Shown: piece by piece, positions 53,112 through 61,288 of the stretch
Layout: each line of letters begins with the position of its first letter
Position numbering within the stretch: position 1 is the first letter of the stretch
Source: a virus
Lineage: Duplodnaviria; Heunggongvirae; Uroviricota; Caudoviricetes
Direction: 5' to 3' (one strand)
DNA: 64,000 nt
IMG/VR virus record: IMGVR_UViG_3300012943_000028
Span: 240,642-304,641 of that record
Made by a program: the position numbers and the translations under genes
Notes under the pieces: generated by a model
What the model saw: only the letters and a program-made list of their open reading frames with translations
The model's database searches: none
Told to the model about the DNA's origin: nothing

Positions 53112-53595
53112 TTTCGTGCAGCTTTGCTGATGTGTAGCGGTTGTAGTACAGCGTTGAGCAGCCTGATGGCATGAAGATGCCACCCTTGAACTGCCACCCC
53201 TCGTATGGGAACTTCACGTCACCTTCTGGATCAGCATCAACGACGGTGATGTAGAACGTTGCGGGACGAAGTGAGCATGCCTCTTCGTAGATTCTCTGGC
53301 CACCGATGGCAAAGACATCACCATCTTCCTGCGAGAGGGCCTCAGCAAGAGTTGGGTAGGTGATGACCTTATGGCGCCAGCGGAACTGAGGGTCTGACGT
53401 GATGACGATGTTCTTGCGCTTCGGCAACGGTCGGCCGATCGACTCAAAGGTCTTGCGACCCATGACGACGGTCTTCTCAGCCGTCACGCGCTTGAAGTTG
53501 AACAGGTCCGCTGGCAGGTGCCATGGGATCGTGTTGGTGCGTGAATCGCCGATGACGCCGTTGAGCGCCACCGCAGCAATGACGTTGAGGTTCAT
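53056..53595 (-). CDS. folA: dihydrofolate reductase
   Basis: NVIAAVALNGVIGDSRTNTIPWHLPADLFNFKRVT...VVMGRKTFESIGRPLPKRKNIVIT is near-canonical for FolA. Confidence 0.85.
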   Translation of the reverse strand: MNLNVIAAVALNGVIGDSRTNTIPWHLPADLFNFKRVTAEKTVVMGRKTFESIGRPLPKRKNIVITSDPQFRWRHKVITYPTLAEALSQEDGDVFAIGGQRIYEEACSLRPATFYITVVDADPEGDVKFPYEGWQFKGGIFMPSGCSTLYYNRYTSAKLHENGYDYCFTEFSKDPPPSY

Positions 53596-53801
53596 CGAAC
53601 CTTCTTGACCGTTGCGGTACCAGCTTCGAGGTCGACCTCGACGTCAACGTACTCGGTTGAGCCGAGAATTTCGATGAGGCGCTCCATGTAGGCCTCACGC
53701 TTTTCACGAAGCTCGACGATGCTGCCAGTCTCATTGGCCATCAGATCGTCGACGGCAAAGTAGAGGGCGTCAGGGGATTTGTATGTCACTCGGATTTTCA
53801 T
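53592..53801 (-). CDS. hypothetical small protein
   Basis: ORF trimmed to the internal Met MKIRVTYK. Confidence 0.4.
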   Translation of the reverse strand: MKIRVTYKSPDALYFAVDDLMANETGSIVELREKREAYMERLIEILGSTEYVDVEVDLEAGTATVKKVR

Positions 53802-54060
53802 CGATGTCCTTAATCGGTTCCCAGGTATCTGGATCAAATGGGTCGCCAGTGAAAAAGCCTTTCTTTTCGCCATCGTCACCAGAAAAGTAGCAGTCGTGAC
53901 CGAGCTTTTTGACTATCCGTGCGTGAAGATCAGGCGCAAGCATCTCGTAGATGGTGCGGCTGACGACGGAGACCGGTTCACCCTCTTCTATCTTCCACCC
54001 AGTCAGATCGACTTGACGGTGGCGGGCATGAACCTCGATCTTCTCAACTTCTATCTTCAT
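53770..54060 (-). CDS. hypothetical protein
   Basis: 96-aa ORF. Confidence 0.4.
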   Translation of the reverse strand: MKIEVEKIEVHARHRQVDLTGWKIEEGEPVSVVSRTIYEMLAPDLHARIVKKLGHDCYFSGDDGEKKGFFTGDPFDPDTWEPIKDIDENPSDIQIP

Positions 54061-54066
54061 GTTCCA

Positions 54067-54111
54067 GGCAAAACAAAGGGCGAGAGGTTCATTCTAAACC
54101 TGTCGCCCTTT
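54067..54111 (-). terminator. intrinsic terminator (minus strand)
   Basis: Hairpin AAAGGGCGA-loop-TCGCCCTTT followed on the minus strand by GTTTTGCC. Confidence 0.45.
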
Positions 54112-54118
54112 GGGTAAA

Positions 54119-54313
54119 CTATGACCTGCGCTTCGGTGGTACTCTACGAATTGGAACTAGCGGAGTTCGAAAAGCATTCCATAGACCACGTAGTTCGTCT
54201 TCTGTGAAGTCCTTCGGTGTACCGAAGAGCTCGATCACATCAGCAGTGGATTTCACTTCAACCACCTTCTCAGGTGGCGTAGTTACTCCGGTTCGACCGC
54301 TTTTTCTACGCAT
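54119..54313 (-). CDS. hypothetical small protein
   Basis: 64-aa ORF downstream of rsr. Confidence 0.35.
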   Translation of the reverse strand: MRRKSGRTGVTTPPEKVVEVKSTADVIELFGTPKDFTEDELRGLWNAFRTPLVPIRRVPPKRRS

Positions 54314-54468
54314 TCGCCCGCCGTCTTGAGCATCTTCTCGGTTGAACCGAAAGCTGGCTCGTTGTTGTACGCAGTTGATGGAAGCTTGGCAATGTCAACG
54401 GCCACGGCAACAGGGGTCAGAGCGGTCGCTACTGCGGCCTTACTCAGATTTGTCAGCATCTTGAACAT
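54283..54468 (-). CDS. hypothetical small protein
   Basis: 61-aa ORF. Confidence 0.35.
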   Translation of the reverse strand: MFKMLTNLSKAAVATALTPVAVAVDIAKLPSTAYNNEPAFGSTEKMLKTAGECVEKAVEPE

Positions 54469-54625
54469 TGACCTTCTCCTTCGGCTTCCTGAACCTATTT
54501 AACTCGAGCTCAATCTCAAGATCAGTGTAGCCTTCCATCTCCATGTTGGACGCGATGGCCGCCTCCCCCATTGCTTCCCAAGATTCCTTGAAGAACTTGG
54601 AAATGCGATGGAGGAGGCGCTTCAT
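54440..54625 (-). CDS. hypothetical small protein
   Basis: 61-aa ORF. Confidence 0.35.
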   Translation of the reverse strand: MKRLLHRISKFFKESWEAMGEAAIASNMEMEGYTDLEIELELNRFRKPKEKVNVQDADKSE

Positions 54626-54626
54626 C

Positions 54627-56243
54627 TTAGAAGGACTGAATCAGCTGCGGAGCGGCTGAGTCGAATCCAACGATGTCGAGCATGCCTGGGTCCTTCGGGT
54701 CAGCGATGGTGAAGTTCGTCGTAGACGTACCACACACGATCAGCTTCGCGTTCTTGACGTACTGCTTGCGGTAGCGAGCGAGGGCCTCGACCGGCTGCAT
54801 GCGACCAGCGTAGGTCTCGTTGTCAGTGATGACAACGAACTTCTCAACACCGTCCATCTTGTGCTCGAGGGCGTGCGTCATCGGCAGAGAGCAGTCGGTG
54901 CTGCCCCACGAGAATGCCTGGATGACCTTCAGCACCTTGTCGAGGCGCATTGCTGGCGTGATCTTGAGCTCACCCATCTTGTGGTTGAAACCACCGATCC
55001 AGTAGTTCGGCTCGCGCTTCGCTACGGCCAGGGCCATAACACCAGCCACCTCGGCGGCGGTGAGGTTGTTTGCGCCAGTCACGCGCGCGCCGAACATCGA
55101 GCCAGAGCAGTCCACGCCGATGAGGTGACCCTTACCGGTTGACTCAATGAACTCGAACGACTCGTAGAACGCATCGTTCAGGGCGTCAAGCACCTGCTGA
55201 ACTGGAGTCCAGGTCAGCGAGCCCTTGTCACCATGACCCTGCTTGTACTGGTTGAAGGCGTTGAGGATCGTGATCGGGTGAACACGGCCTGCCTTGATCG
55301 CCTCCTTGTCAGTCAGCTTCTCGATGACGACCTTCATGTCGGCCGACAGCGGCTTGAGCACACCCACATTCGTGAGCTGGCCCAGCTTGCGGATGAGTGC
55401 CGTCATACCCATGCCTGGGAGCAGGGCTGACATCACCTTCACATCACGCTGCAGCTCAGTTGGGATCATCTCCCAAGTGATTGCGTCGTTCGACTCGATC
55501 AGCTTGATGGCCTTCTTCGCATCGGCACCCTTGAGCGCCTCGAAGTCGTTGAGCAGCTGCGGAACAACTGCACCAGCCTCCAGGCCTTCAGCACCCTTCA
55601 CGACGTAGCGGAAGAGGTTCGACTGAACGTCAGAGAGCGGCTTCACGTGCGCCAGGCGGAGCACGTCACGGTGAGCCCAGCCATCACGTGACTGGTACTT
55701 GAGCAGCTGGAGGGCCAGCTTGTCCTCACCACGCTTGGTGTACCACGCAGCGACACCACGCTTTGCAGCAGCGTTCCACTTGCCGAGCTCATCGAGCGCA
55801 GCAACGAACTGGAACAGGTGCGTGCCGATACGGCAGACCTTTGGCAGCGCCTCGTAGGCGGCCTTCACGGTCTCCTCGTTACCATGCACAGCGCACATGG
55901 CAAGAGCAAAGACCGATGGATCGTTCTTCGGAGCACGGCCGGCGAGCGACAGCTCGGTGATGCGGTTGACAGTGCGGACACCGTCAGCCTTGATGCACTC
56001 GAGAAGGTTCTTCGACGCGCCGAGGGTCAGCTTCTTGGCAGAAGCGTAGTACGAAGGCGTGTCTGAGCCGAGGATCAGGAAGCGGTCGAGGTAGCCCCAC
56101 TGATCAAGCTGGAAGGTCATTCCGCCTGCAGAGTTGCGCACCATTTCTGCCTCGCGACCTGGGAGCGCCTGCGTCTGTGGGGTCACAGTCGAAGCTGGCT
56201 TGCGAGTGTTGGTTGAAACGTAGATTGCCGATGAACGTGCCAT
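54627..56243 (-). CDS. rsr: Ro60-related protein (TROVE domain plus C-terminal vWA-like domain), Rsr homolog
   Basis: AGGMTFQLDQWGYLDRFLILGSDTPSYYA is the TROVE signature; a vWA-type DxSGS motif (VDCSGSM) lies in the C-terminal part. Start set at ATG 56243, preceded by an AAGGAG ribosome-binding site. The ORF-track extension to 56390 lacks a ribosome-binding site. Confidence 0.8.
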   Translation of the reverse strand: MARSSAIYVSTNTRKPASTVTPQTQALPGREAEMVRNSAGGMTFQLDQWGYLDRFLILGSDTPSYYASAKKLTLGASKNLLECIKADGVRTVNRITELSLAGRAPKNDPSVFALAMCAVHGNEETVKAAYEALPKVCRIGTHLFQFVAALDELGKWNAAAKRGVAAWYTKRGEDKLALQLLKYQSRDGWAHRDVLRLAHVKPLSDVQSNLFRYVVKGAEGLEAGAVVPQLLNDFEALKGADAKKAIKLIESNDAITWEMIPTELQRDVKVMSALLPGMGMTALIRKLGQLTNVGVLKPLSADMKVVIEKLTDKEAIKAGRVHPITILNAFNQYKQGHGDKGSLTWTPVQQVLDALNDAFYESFEFIESTGKGHLIGVDCSGSMFGARVTGANNLTAAEVAGVMALAVAKREPNYWIGGFNHKMGELKITPAMRLDKVLKVIQAFSWGSTDCSLPMTHALEHKMDGVEKFVVITDNETYAGRMQPVEALARYRKQYVKNAKLIVCGTSTTNFTIADPKDPGMLDIVGFDSAAPQLIQSF

Positions 56244-56790
56244 GTGATATCTCCTTGATGACGGCTGCCACTGCGGCAGCAAAGAACTTAACTTAGAGAG
56301 GCTGACTCCGACAAAGGTTAGTGTCGGGCCTTCGGATACTTCAGCTGCGGCCAGGTTTGCAACCCTAACCGCGTGTTGCCGCTGGGACAACGCTTGGTTC
56401 CTACACCAGTTGATTTGGCAACTGGTAACCTATCGACTTAATTCGTGTCGCAACTATTGGGTGTTTCAGTCCCACAAATATCGAGTGTTCTACCTCGCAC
56501 TATCTCTTGTTGGGTTGTTGCGGCATACGCCTGGGCCGGTCAAGAGAACCCGCATGCGATTCGGCACATGCGCCTATCCGATCACAAACTGCTGGTCTGC
56601 TTTCGGAACCTACCGTTAAGTATTGGGTAACCAACACCATCGGTGAAGTCAGCTTTTCTAAGTCAAGTTTTCGAAGATGAAGAGTTCAGAGAAGGGAACA
56701 AAAGAGTACAAGTCGTTCATAACCAAGATAACCAACTTGTTCCGGTTCCAAAGAACTCTTTAAGATGAGAATTCTACCACAGAGGTGCGT
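56244..56790 (-). ncRNA. candidate Y-RNA-like noncoding RNA locus (ORF-free region adjacent to rsr)
   Basis: About 550 nt without a credible minus-strand ORF in an otherwise gene-dense genome. It contains several stem-loops (GGTTAG...CTAACC, CCAGTTG...CAACTGG) and UCCGAAGG / CUUGACC-like segments on the minus strand. Bacterial and phage Rsr genes are usually accompanied by Y RNAs. Confidence 0.35.
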
Positions 56791-56814
56791 GGCAGTAAAC
56801 TCTCGTGCGGCTAT

Positions 56815-57402
56815 TTATACGGTTTCGTCAACCTGACGAATGACAATCGGGAGTTCATCGTCCATCTTGTAGATGATGCCAGGCGGAACGATGATGCAAC
56901 CTTCGGGAAGGTTTATGCGCTGTGCTGGTGTCTGTGCAACAGAATGGTAGGTGAAGCGGCGCACGACACCGTCACCGCCGACGAAGTGCAGCCATTCGTA
57001 GATGTTAGCGTCCATGAACTTGCCAAGTGGTTTTTCCGGGCCGGCCACAACGAAGAATGGCTGGATGGCGGCGAGGTTCAACTTACCTGGGTCTGTCGGC
57101 GCCTTTTCGGTCTGAGGGGCTCCAGTCAACAGGCCTTGAAAATGGTTGATGGCGCCGTCTGTGTCGATGATGAACTCTCGAAGATCACCTTTGTAGATGC
57201 GGCGCTGGAGATAGAAGAAGTGAAGGGCTGAGCCGACCTTCATGATGCTGAAGGCGGCGAGGGCGGCCAGAACGAATGACGGCCACCCGAGAAAGAAGGT
57301 CTTCCATAGAAGGAGGATTCCAACTATGGAAGACAGAAGACCGATGATGAGCGACCCACGACGTTGAGCTTCAAGAAATTGCTGCATGCGTGGGTCGATC
57401 AT
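56815..57402 (-). CDS. membrane-anchored hypothetical protein
   Basis: 195 aa with N-terminal transmembrane helices. Confidence 0.5.
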   Translation of the reverse strand: MIDPRMQQFLEAQRRGSLIIGLLSSIVGILLLWKTFFLGWPSFVLAALAAFSIMKVGSALHFFYLQRRIYKGDLREFIIDTDGAINHFQGLLTGAPQTEKAPTDPGKLNLAAIQPFFVVAGPEKPLGKFMDANIYEWLHFVGGDGVVRRFTYHSVAQTPAQRINLPEGCIIVPPGIIYKMDDELPIVIRQVDETV

Positions 57403-57411
57403 CTCTACTCC

Positions 57412-57984
57412 TTACCGTGCCTTGGCTGCGTGCTGTCGAACGCGCGACTTCTCATCGACGAACGACAGCAAGAACTCCATCTGATCCGCAAGGATGTTGC
57501 GGTTGGCCAAGATGAGGTGCTCAGCCCGGTTCGGCACATACGGCGCATAGAGCAGCGGCATGTTTGCCTGCTCAGGCGTGCGGTCGTCCTTCTTCTGGTT
57601 GCACTTCGTGCAGGCCGAAACGCAGTTCATCCATGAGTCAGCACCCTTCTGTGCCTTTGGGATGATGTGGTCACGCGTGAGGTTCGACTCACCGAAGATG
57701 TCGCCGCAGTATGCGCACACGTGATGGTCACGGCGGAACAGCTCCTTGTTGTTGAGAGCTGGAACGCGCGTCTTGCGCTTCGTCTTGCCCTTGACGGCCA
57801 TGATCGAGGAGGTGACAACGACAGTCTGGGTTCCCGTCTTGGACGAGGTACCACCCTTCACGACCGTTTCTACCTCACCAATTTCCCAGGCGACCAGGTT
57901 CTTGGCGTGATAGGTCACTGCGGCCTTCCACGAAATCCACTTGCTCGGTTGACCCGAAGCGTCAAGCTGAAGAATCAATGCCAT
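57412..57984 (-). CDS. HNH endonuclease
   Basis: HHVCAYCGD...LTRDHIIPKAQKGADSWMNCVSACTKCNQKK is a canonical HNH motif. Confidence 0.8.
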   Translation of the reverse strand: MALILQLDASGQPSKWISWKAAVTYHAKNLVAWEIGEVETVVKGGTSSKTGTQTVVVTSSIMAVKGKTKRKTRVPALNNKELFRRDHHVCAYCGDIFGESNLTRDHIIPKAQKGADSWMNCVSACTKCNQKKDDRTPEQANMPLLYAPYVPNRAEHLILANRNILADQMEFLLSFVDEKSRVRQHAAKAR

Positions 57985-58303
57985 TACACGTCAGCTCAAT
58001 TTCTCAAGCTGCTCCTTCTTATTGTGGCCACATAAACAGCAGCCGTATGATGAAGATGTCTACCATCAGCACGTGTTCACATTCGTCATCAATCGGTGTC
58101 ACGTACTCTACACCACACGAAACACCAGTGATCACGTCTAGTCCAATGTTCATAGAAGTCCTTTGAACCAGGCTTGATCTGGTTCGATTGTATCACATCG
58201 ACCTGAGCAGATAAACTGCAGGTCGATAGGGTTGATTGGCTCATCTGGACAACCTGAGCGCTCGTAAATACCCTAGCGCAATCGTATTCAACCGGAGATC
58301 ATC

Positions 58304-59062
58304 GTGAACAAGAAAGCCTTAGTGCTGGCCTTCGTACTATTTACATCGGCATTTGCAGCAGTTCCAGCACATGGGCTGGATCAAGCAGAATGTCTGAAGA
58401 TGGTCTACGCAGAAACCTTCCCAAAGATGAAGGATCAGACGATCATTTGCCACAAGAGCTACGTTGTTGGTTATTCGGCAACCGTGAAGGGACCACTATG
58501 GTCGGCGCAGCTGCTCACCGCCGATGATCTCAAGATCGAGGCTGTAGATCGAGATGGCAGCTTCAAACCAGACCCTGATTTTCCAAAGGACAAGCAGTCG
58601 TCAGCAGCAGCATACACGAACACCGGTTTTGACCGTGGGCATTTGACGAGCTTTGCTGACATCGCAGATGATCCAGTGTCGGCAGAAGAATCGTTCTTCA
58701 TGACCAACATTGTGCCGCAAAAAGCTGGCAACAACCGTGGAATTTGGAATGCGCTAGAGGGTCGTGTTAGGAAAATCGCAGCTAGAGAAGGTGCTGTCTA
58801 CATCGTAAGCGGTGTGCTCTATGATGGTAAGGTCTCAACGCTTGTCGACGGCACTGCAATTCCAACCCGTCTATTCAAGCTCGTCTATGCGCCTGCATCT
58901 GGAAAGGTGTATGCGCTCATTATTCCGAATCTCGAAGGGCTACCTTCATCAACGCTTCCTGCATACCTTATCACGTTGAAAAATCTCAAGCTGATTCTTG
59001 GTGATCTGAATGTTCTACCAAAGATGCCGGCGAAATACACTGACATGACGGTCATCGAATAA
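58304..59062 (+). CDS. secreted DNA/RNA non-specific endonuclease (Serratia NucA / EndA family)
   Basis: Signal peptide MNKKALVLAFVLFTSAFAA and the GFDRGHL beta-beta-alpha-Me DRGH active-site motif. GTG start with a GGAGA ribosome-binding site. Confidence 0.8.
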   Translation: MNKKALVLAFVLFTSAFAAVPAHGLDQAECLKMVYAETFPKMKDQTIICHKSYVVGYSATVKGPLWSAQLLTADDLKIEAVDRDGSFKPDPDFPKDKQSSAAAYTNTGFDRGHLTSFADIADDPVSAEESFFMTNIVPQKAGNNRGIWNALEGRVRKIAAREGAVYIVSGVLYDGKVSTLVDGTAIPTRLFKLVYAPASGKVYALIIPNLEGLPSSTLPAYLITLKNLKLILGDLNVLPKMPAKYTDMTVIE

Positions 59063-59087
59063 GAAAAGGGGCTCGTAAGAGCCCCTT
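59060..59087. terminator. intrinsic terminator (serves minus gene 59116..59379; possibly bidirectional)
   Basis: Hairpin AAGGGGCTC-gtaa-GAGCCCCTT followed on the minus strand by TTTTCTTATT. Confidence 0.45.
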
Positions 59088-59115
59088 CTGCTATGATGGT
59101 CAGCAAACGAAGAAC

Positions 59116-59379
59116 TTACTTCTTCGTCTTCTTCTCGAGCTTCTTCTCAAGCTTGTCGGCGACTGGGTCGGCGACATCCTGCAGCTGGTCTACGGTGCTC
59201 TCAACCTTCGTGAAGAAGATTGCCAGGAATGGAACCTTGGCAAGAATCTTGTACTTTGCGAAGTTGTAGGCAGCGATCCAGAGTGGTGAGAAGAGAGCGC
59301 CAAGAACGATACCGACGTAGGTGTATGGGCTGATGACGCTCTTTGCGAGCAGGCCCAGAATGTAGGTCATGAAGTCCAT
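59116..59379 (-). CDS. small membrane protein (holin-like size)
   Basis: 87 aa with two hydrophobic helices and a Lys-rich C-terminus. Confidence 0.45.
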   Translation of the reverse strand: MDFMTYILGLLAKSVISPYTYVGIVLGALFSPLWIAAYNFAKYKILAKVPFLAIFFTKVESTVDQLQDVADPVADKLEKKLEKKTKK

Positions 59380-59459
59380 GGTTTTTCTCCTAAAGAATAA
59401 ACAGACGCAACCGCTATTGCGGCTTGATATTCCTTATGAGATGAGCTAGTTGGTCGAAC

Positions 59460-59960
59460 TTACTTGTTCGACGGATTGTTCTTCGACTTCTTCCATTTGC
59501 GAGTGAGCTCGCTGATGGCAGAGTCATAGGTCTTCACGAGTGACTTGACTGGATCGCCTGAGACCATGCGTGGCTTCGGAGATGCAAGGCGTGTACGAGC
59601 TTCACCGCCCCAGTTGTTATCGCTTGAGCTACGAATCTGGCCGTTAGCATGAACGATGTAGGTGTTCTGCTCACGACCAAGGCGGCCAGGCTGGTTGTCA
59701 TAGCCCTTACGTGCTACCTTGAAGTAGAAGGTGCCGTTCTTTTCGGCCTTGGAATTTGGCGAGTAGATCAGACCTGCTTCCTTGGCCTTTGCGAAGGCAT
59801 CACCGCCACGAACGTGGTCCATTGCCTGCTTGATGTGCTCAGGCTTTACACCGCCGGCATCGAGCCAATCCTTTACAGAGCCAAGAAGGTTTTTGTCCTT
59901 GTAGGCAGGATTGTAGTAGGCGCCAGACTGACGCTCTAGAAGCAGTTCAGATACCTTCAT
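59460..59960 (-). CDS. hypothetical protein
   Basis: 166-aa ORF. Confidence 0.45.
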   Translation of the reverse strand: MKVSELLLERQSGAYYNPAYKDKNLLGSVKDWLDAGGVKPEHIKQAMDHVRGGDAFAKAKEAGLIYSPNSKAEKNGTFYFKVARKGYDNQPGRLGREQNTYIVHANGQIRSSSDNNWGGEARTRLASPKPRMVSGDPVKSLVKTYDSAISELTRKWKKSKNNPSNK

Positions 59961-59991
59961 GGTGTTCTCCAGAAACCGATGCAGGTATTTA

Positions 59992-60519
59992 TCAGAACCG
60001 AGTTGTAAGGCTCTTTAGAGCAGAGATGCTCTTGGTGTGATCCGTGTACTCGTGGAGGATGCCGAAGCCCATTCCGTGGTTGATCCATTCCTGGATGTTG
60101 CTGTGGCGGTCGTCAACCAGGACGTCACCAGGCTTTGCATGCTTCCACTTGTCAGCCGAGAACGGACCGAAGTTCACCTTGATGTCTGGGCCGAGGTGCT
60201 TGAGGGCCCAGTCAATCTTGTCCTGGTTTGCCGAAGGCATCTCGACACGACGTGGGATTGCAGTCAGAATCTCTACCTTGGCACCGGTAGCTAGAGCGGC
60301 TTCAACCAGCTCATGGCAGTATGGGGTTGGTTCGAGGTGCAGGTACATGTTCGGCACCGACTTGAGGAAGTCCCACATTTCTAGGTCGGCGCCTGGGCCG
60401 TCGGCGTGGATGAAGGTGCGGCCAAGGTTCTGAAGAACGAAGAGGTCGAAGTCGGCAAGCACTCCGTCCATGTCAAGGTAGACGATGTTGACCTTGTTGC
60501 TGAACGTTCTGCGTACCAT
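59992..60519 (-). CDS. HAD-family 5'(3')-deoxyribonucleotidase-like
   Basis: YLDMDGVLADF motif I and the ~175-aa size of NT5C-type nucleotidases. Confidence 0.65.
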   Translation of the reverse strand: MVRRTFSNKVNIVYLDMDGVLADFDLFVLQNLGRTFIHADGPGADLEMWDFLKSVPNMYLHLEPTPYCHELVEAALATGAKVEILTAIPRRVEMPSANQDKIDWALKHLGPDIKVNFGPFSADKWKHAKPGDVLVDDRHSNIQEWINHGMGFGILHEYTDHTKSISALKSLTTRF

Positions 60520-60665
60520 TAGCTTGCCTTCTTGATCTGTGAAAATGAAACGTGGCTGATCATCTTTTTCTTCTTGCTCGCCTTTGAAACGTGCGAGGCG
60601 GTACTGAGCACAGACGTCACCTGCTGGGAAACTACCCTCTTCAGCTTTTTCTGCTTCTCATCCAT
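60519..60665 (-). CDS. small Lys-rich protein (48 aa; below ORF-track cutoff)
   Basis: MDEKQKKLKRVV...; its ATG overlaps the TGA of the upstream small ORF (ATGGATGA); TAATG coupling to the nucleotidase gene. Confidence 0.25.
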   Translation of the reverse strand: MDEKQKKLKRVVSQQVTSVLSTASHVSKASKKKKMISHVSFSQIKKAS

Positions 60666-60804
60666 CTGTCGTCTTCACCTTGCCATCTTTCTTCTGCTTC
60701 CAAATTTGGAACAGACGCTCAGCCTCTTCCTGAACCTTCTTGTCACGAGCGATGGCGGCGGCCTTACGCTCTTCGAAGGTTCCCCTTCGTTTTGCTTCTC
60801 CCAT
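60658..60804 (-). CDS. small basic protein (48 aa; below ORF-track cutoff)
   Basis: MGEAKRRGTFEERKAAAIARDKK...; an AAGAGG ribosome-binding site lies 8 nt upstream. Confidence 0.3.
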   Translation of the reverse strand: MGEAKRRGTFEERKAAAIARDKKVQEEAERLFQIWKQKKDGKVKTTDG

Positions 60805-60847
60805 GTGGGATACCTCTTATTGTACTTTGATTTGGGTTGCCGGTAAA

Positions 60848-61288
60848 CTATACCAGCGCAGCGGCCTTCCTGACAATGTGCTGCTGTGGCTGACGACCCT
60901 TCTTGACGAAGTCCTTGGCTGTCAGCCAGGCGGTCTCAGCTGTTTCGTGCGTTGGCTCTTTGAAGTTGTCTTTCTTCTTGATCTCGCCCATGTACACTGA
61001 CATGGTGTAGACCTCTTCAGCCCCGCGCATCTTACCACGCCATACGAGTTGAACAGTATCGTCCTTGACGTTTGAGCGGCGCAGGCCAAGTTCCTCTTTG
61101 GCCTCACGGAGGGCGGCGTCAAGCGATGTCTCACCACTTTCCAATCCACCCTTGGCGATCTGGAACTGGGCGCCACCAAACTTGGCCTTCGATGGCTTCA
61201 TGAAGTAAAACACTGGCTCGTCATCTTCAATGACGTATGGCAGAAAGCCTGCACGTTCGGTGATCTTTGCCACTTCAAGAAGCTTCAT
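60848..61288 (-). CDS. Nudix hydrolase
   Basis: GGLESGETSLDAALREAKEELGL matches the Nudix box GX5EX7REUXEEXGU. ORF trimmed to the internal Met MKLLEVAK. Confidence 0.75.
   Translation of the reverse strand: MKLLEVAKITERAGFLPYVIEDDEPVFYFMKPSKAKFGGAQFQIAKGGLESGETSLDAALREAKEELGLRRSNVKDDTVQLVWRGKMRGAEEVYTMSVYMGEIKKKDNFKEPTHETAETAWLTAKDFVKKGRQPQQHIVRKAAALV

Noticed and set aside
56410-56630. Plus-strand ORFs 56410..56619 and 56445..56630 inside the rsr-adjacent gap
   Set aside because: They are short and overlapping with each other, on the minority strand, with no ribosome-binding site and non-protein-like composition. The region is better explained as structured noncoding RNA.
58013-58147. 44-codon minus-strand ORF (MNIGLDVITGVSCGVEYV...) just upstream of the HNH gene
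   Set aside because: It has no ribosome-binding site, a hydrophobic low-complexity tail and lies in a probable promoter region. It is more likely a chance ORF.
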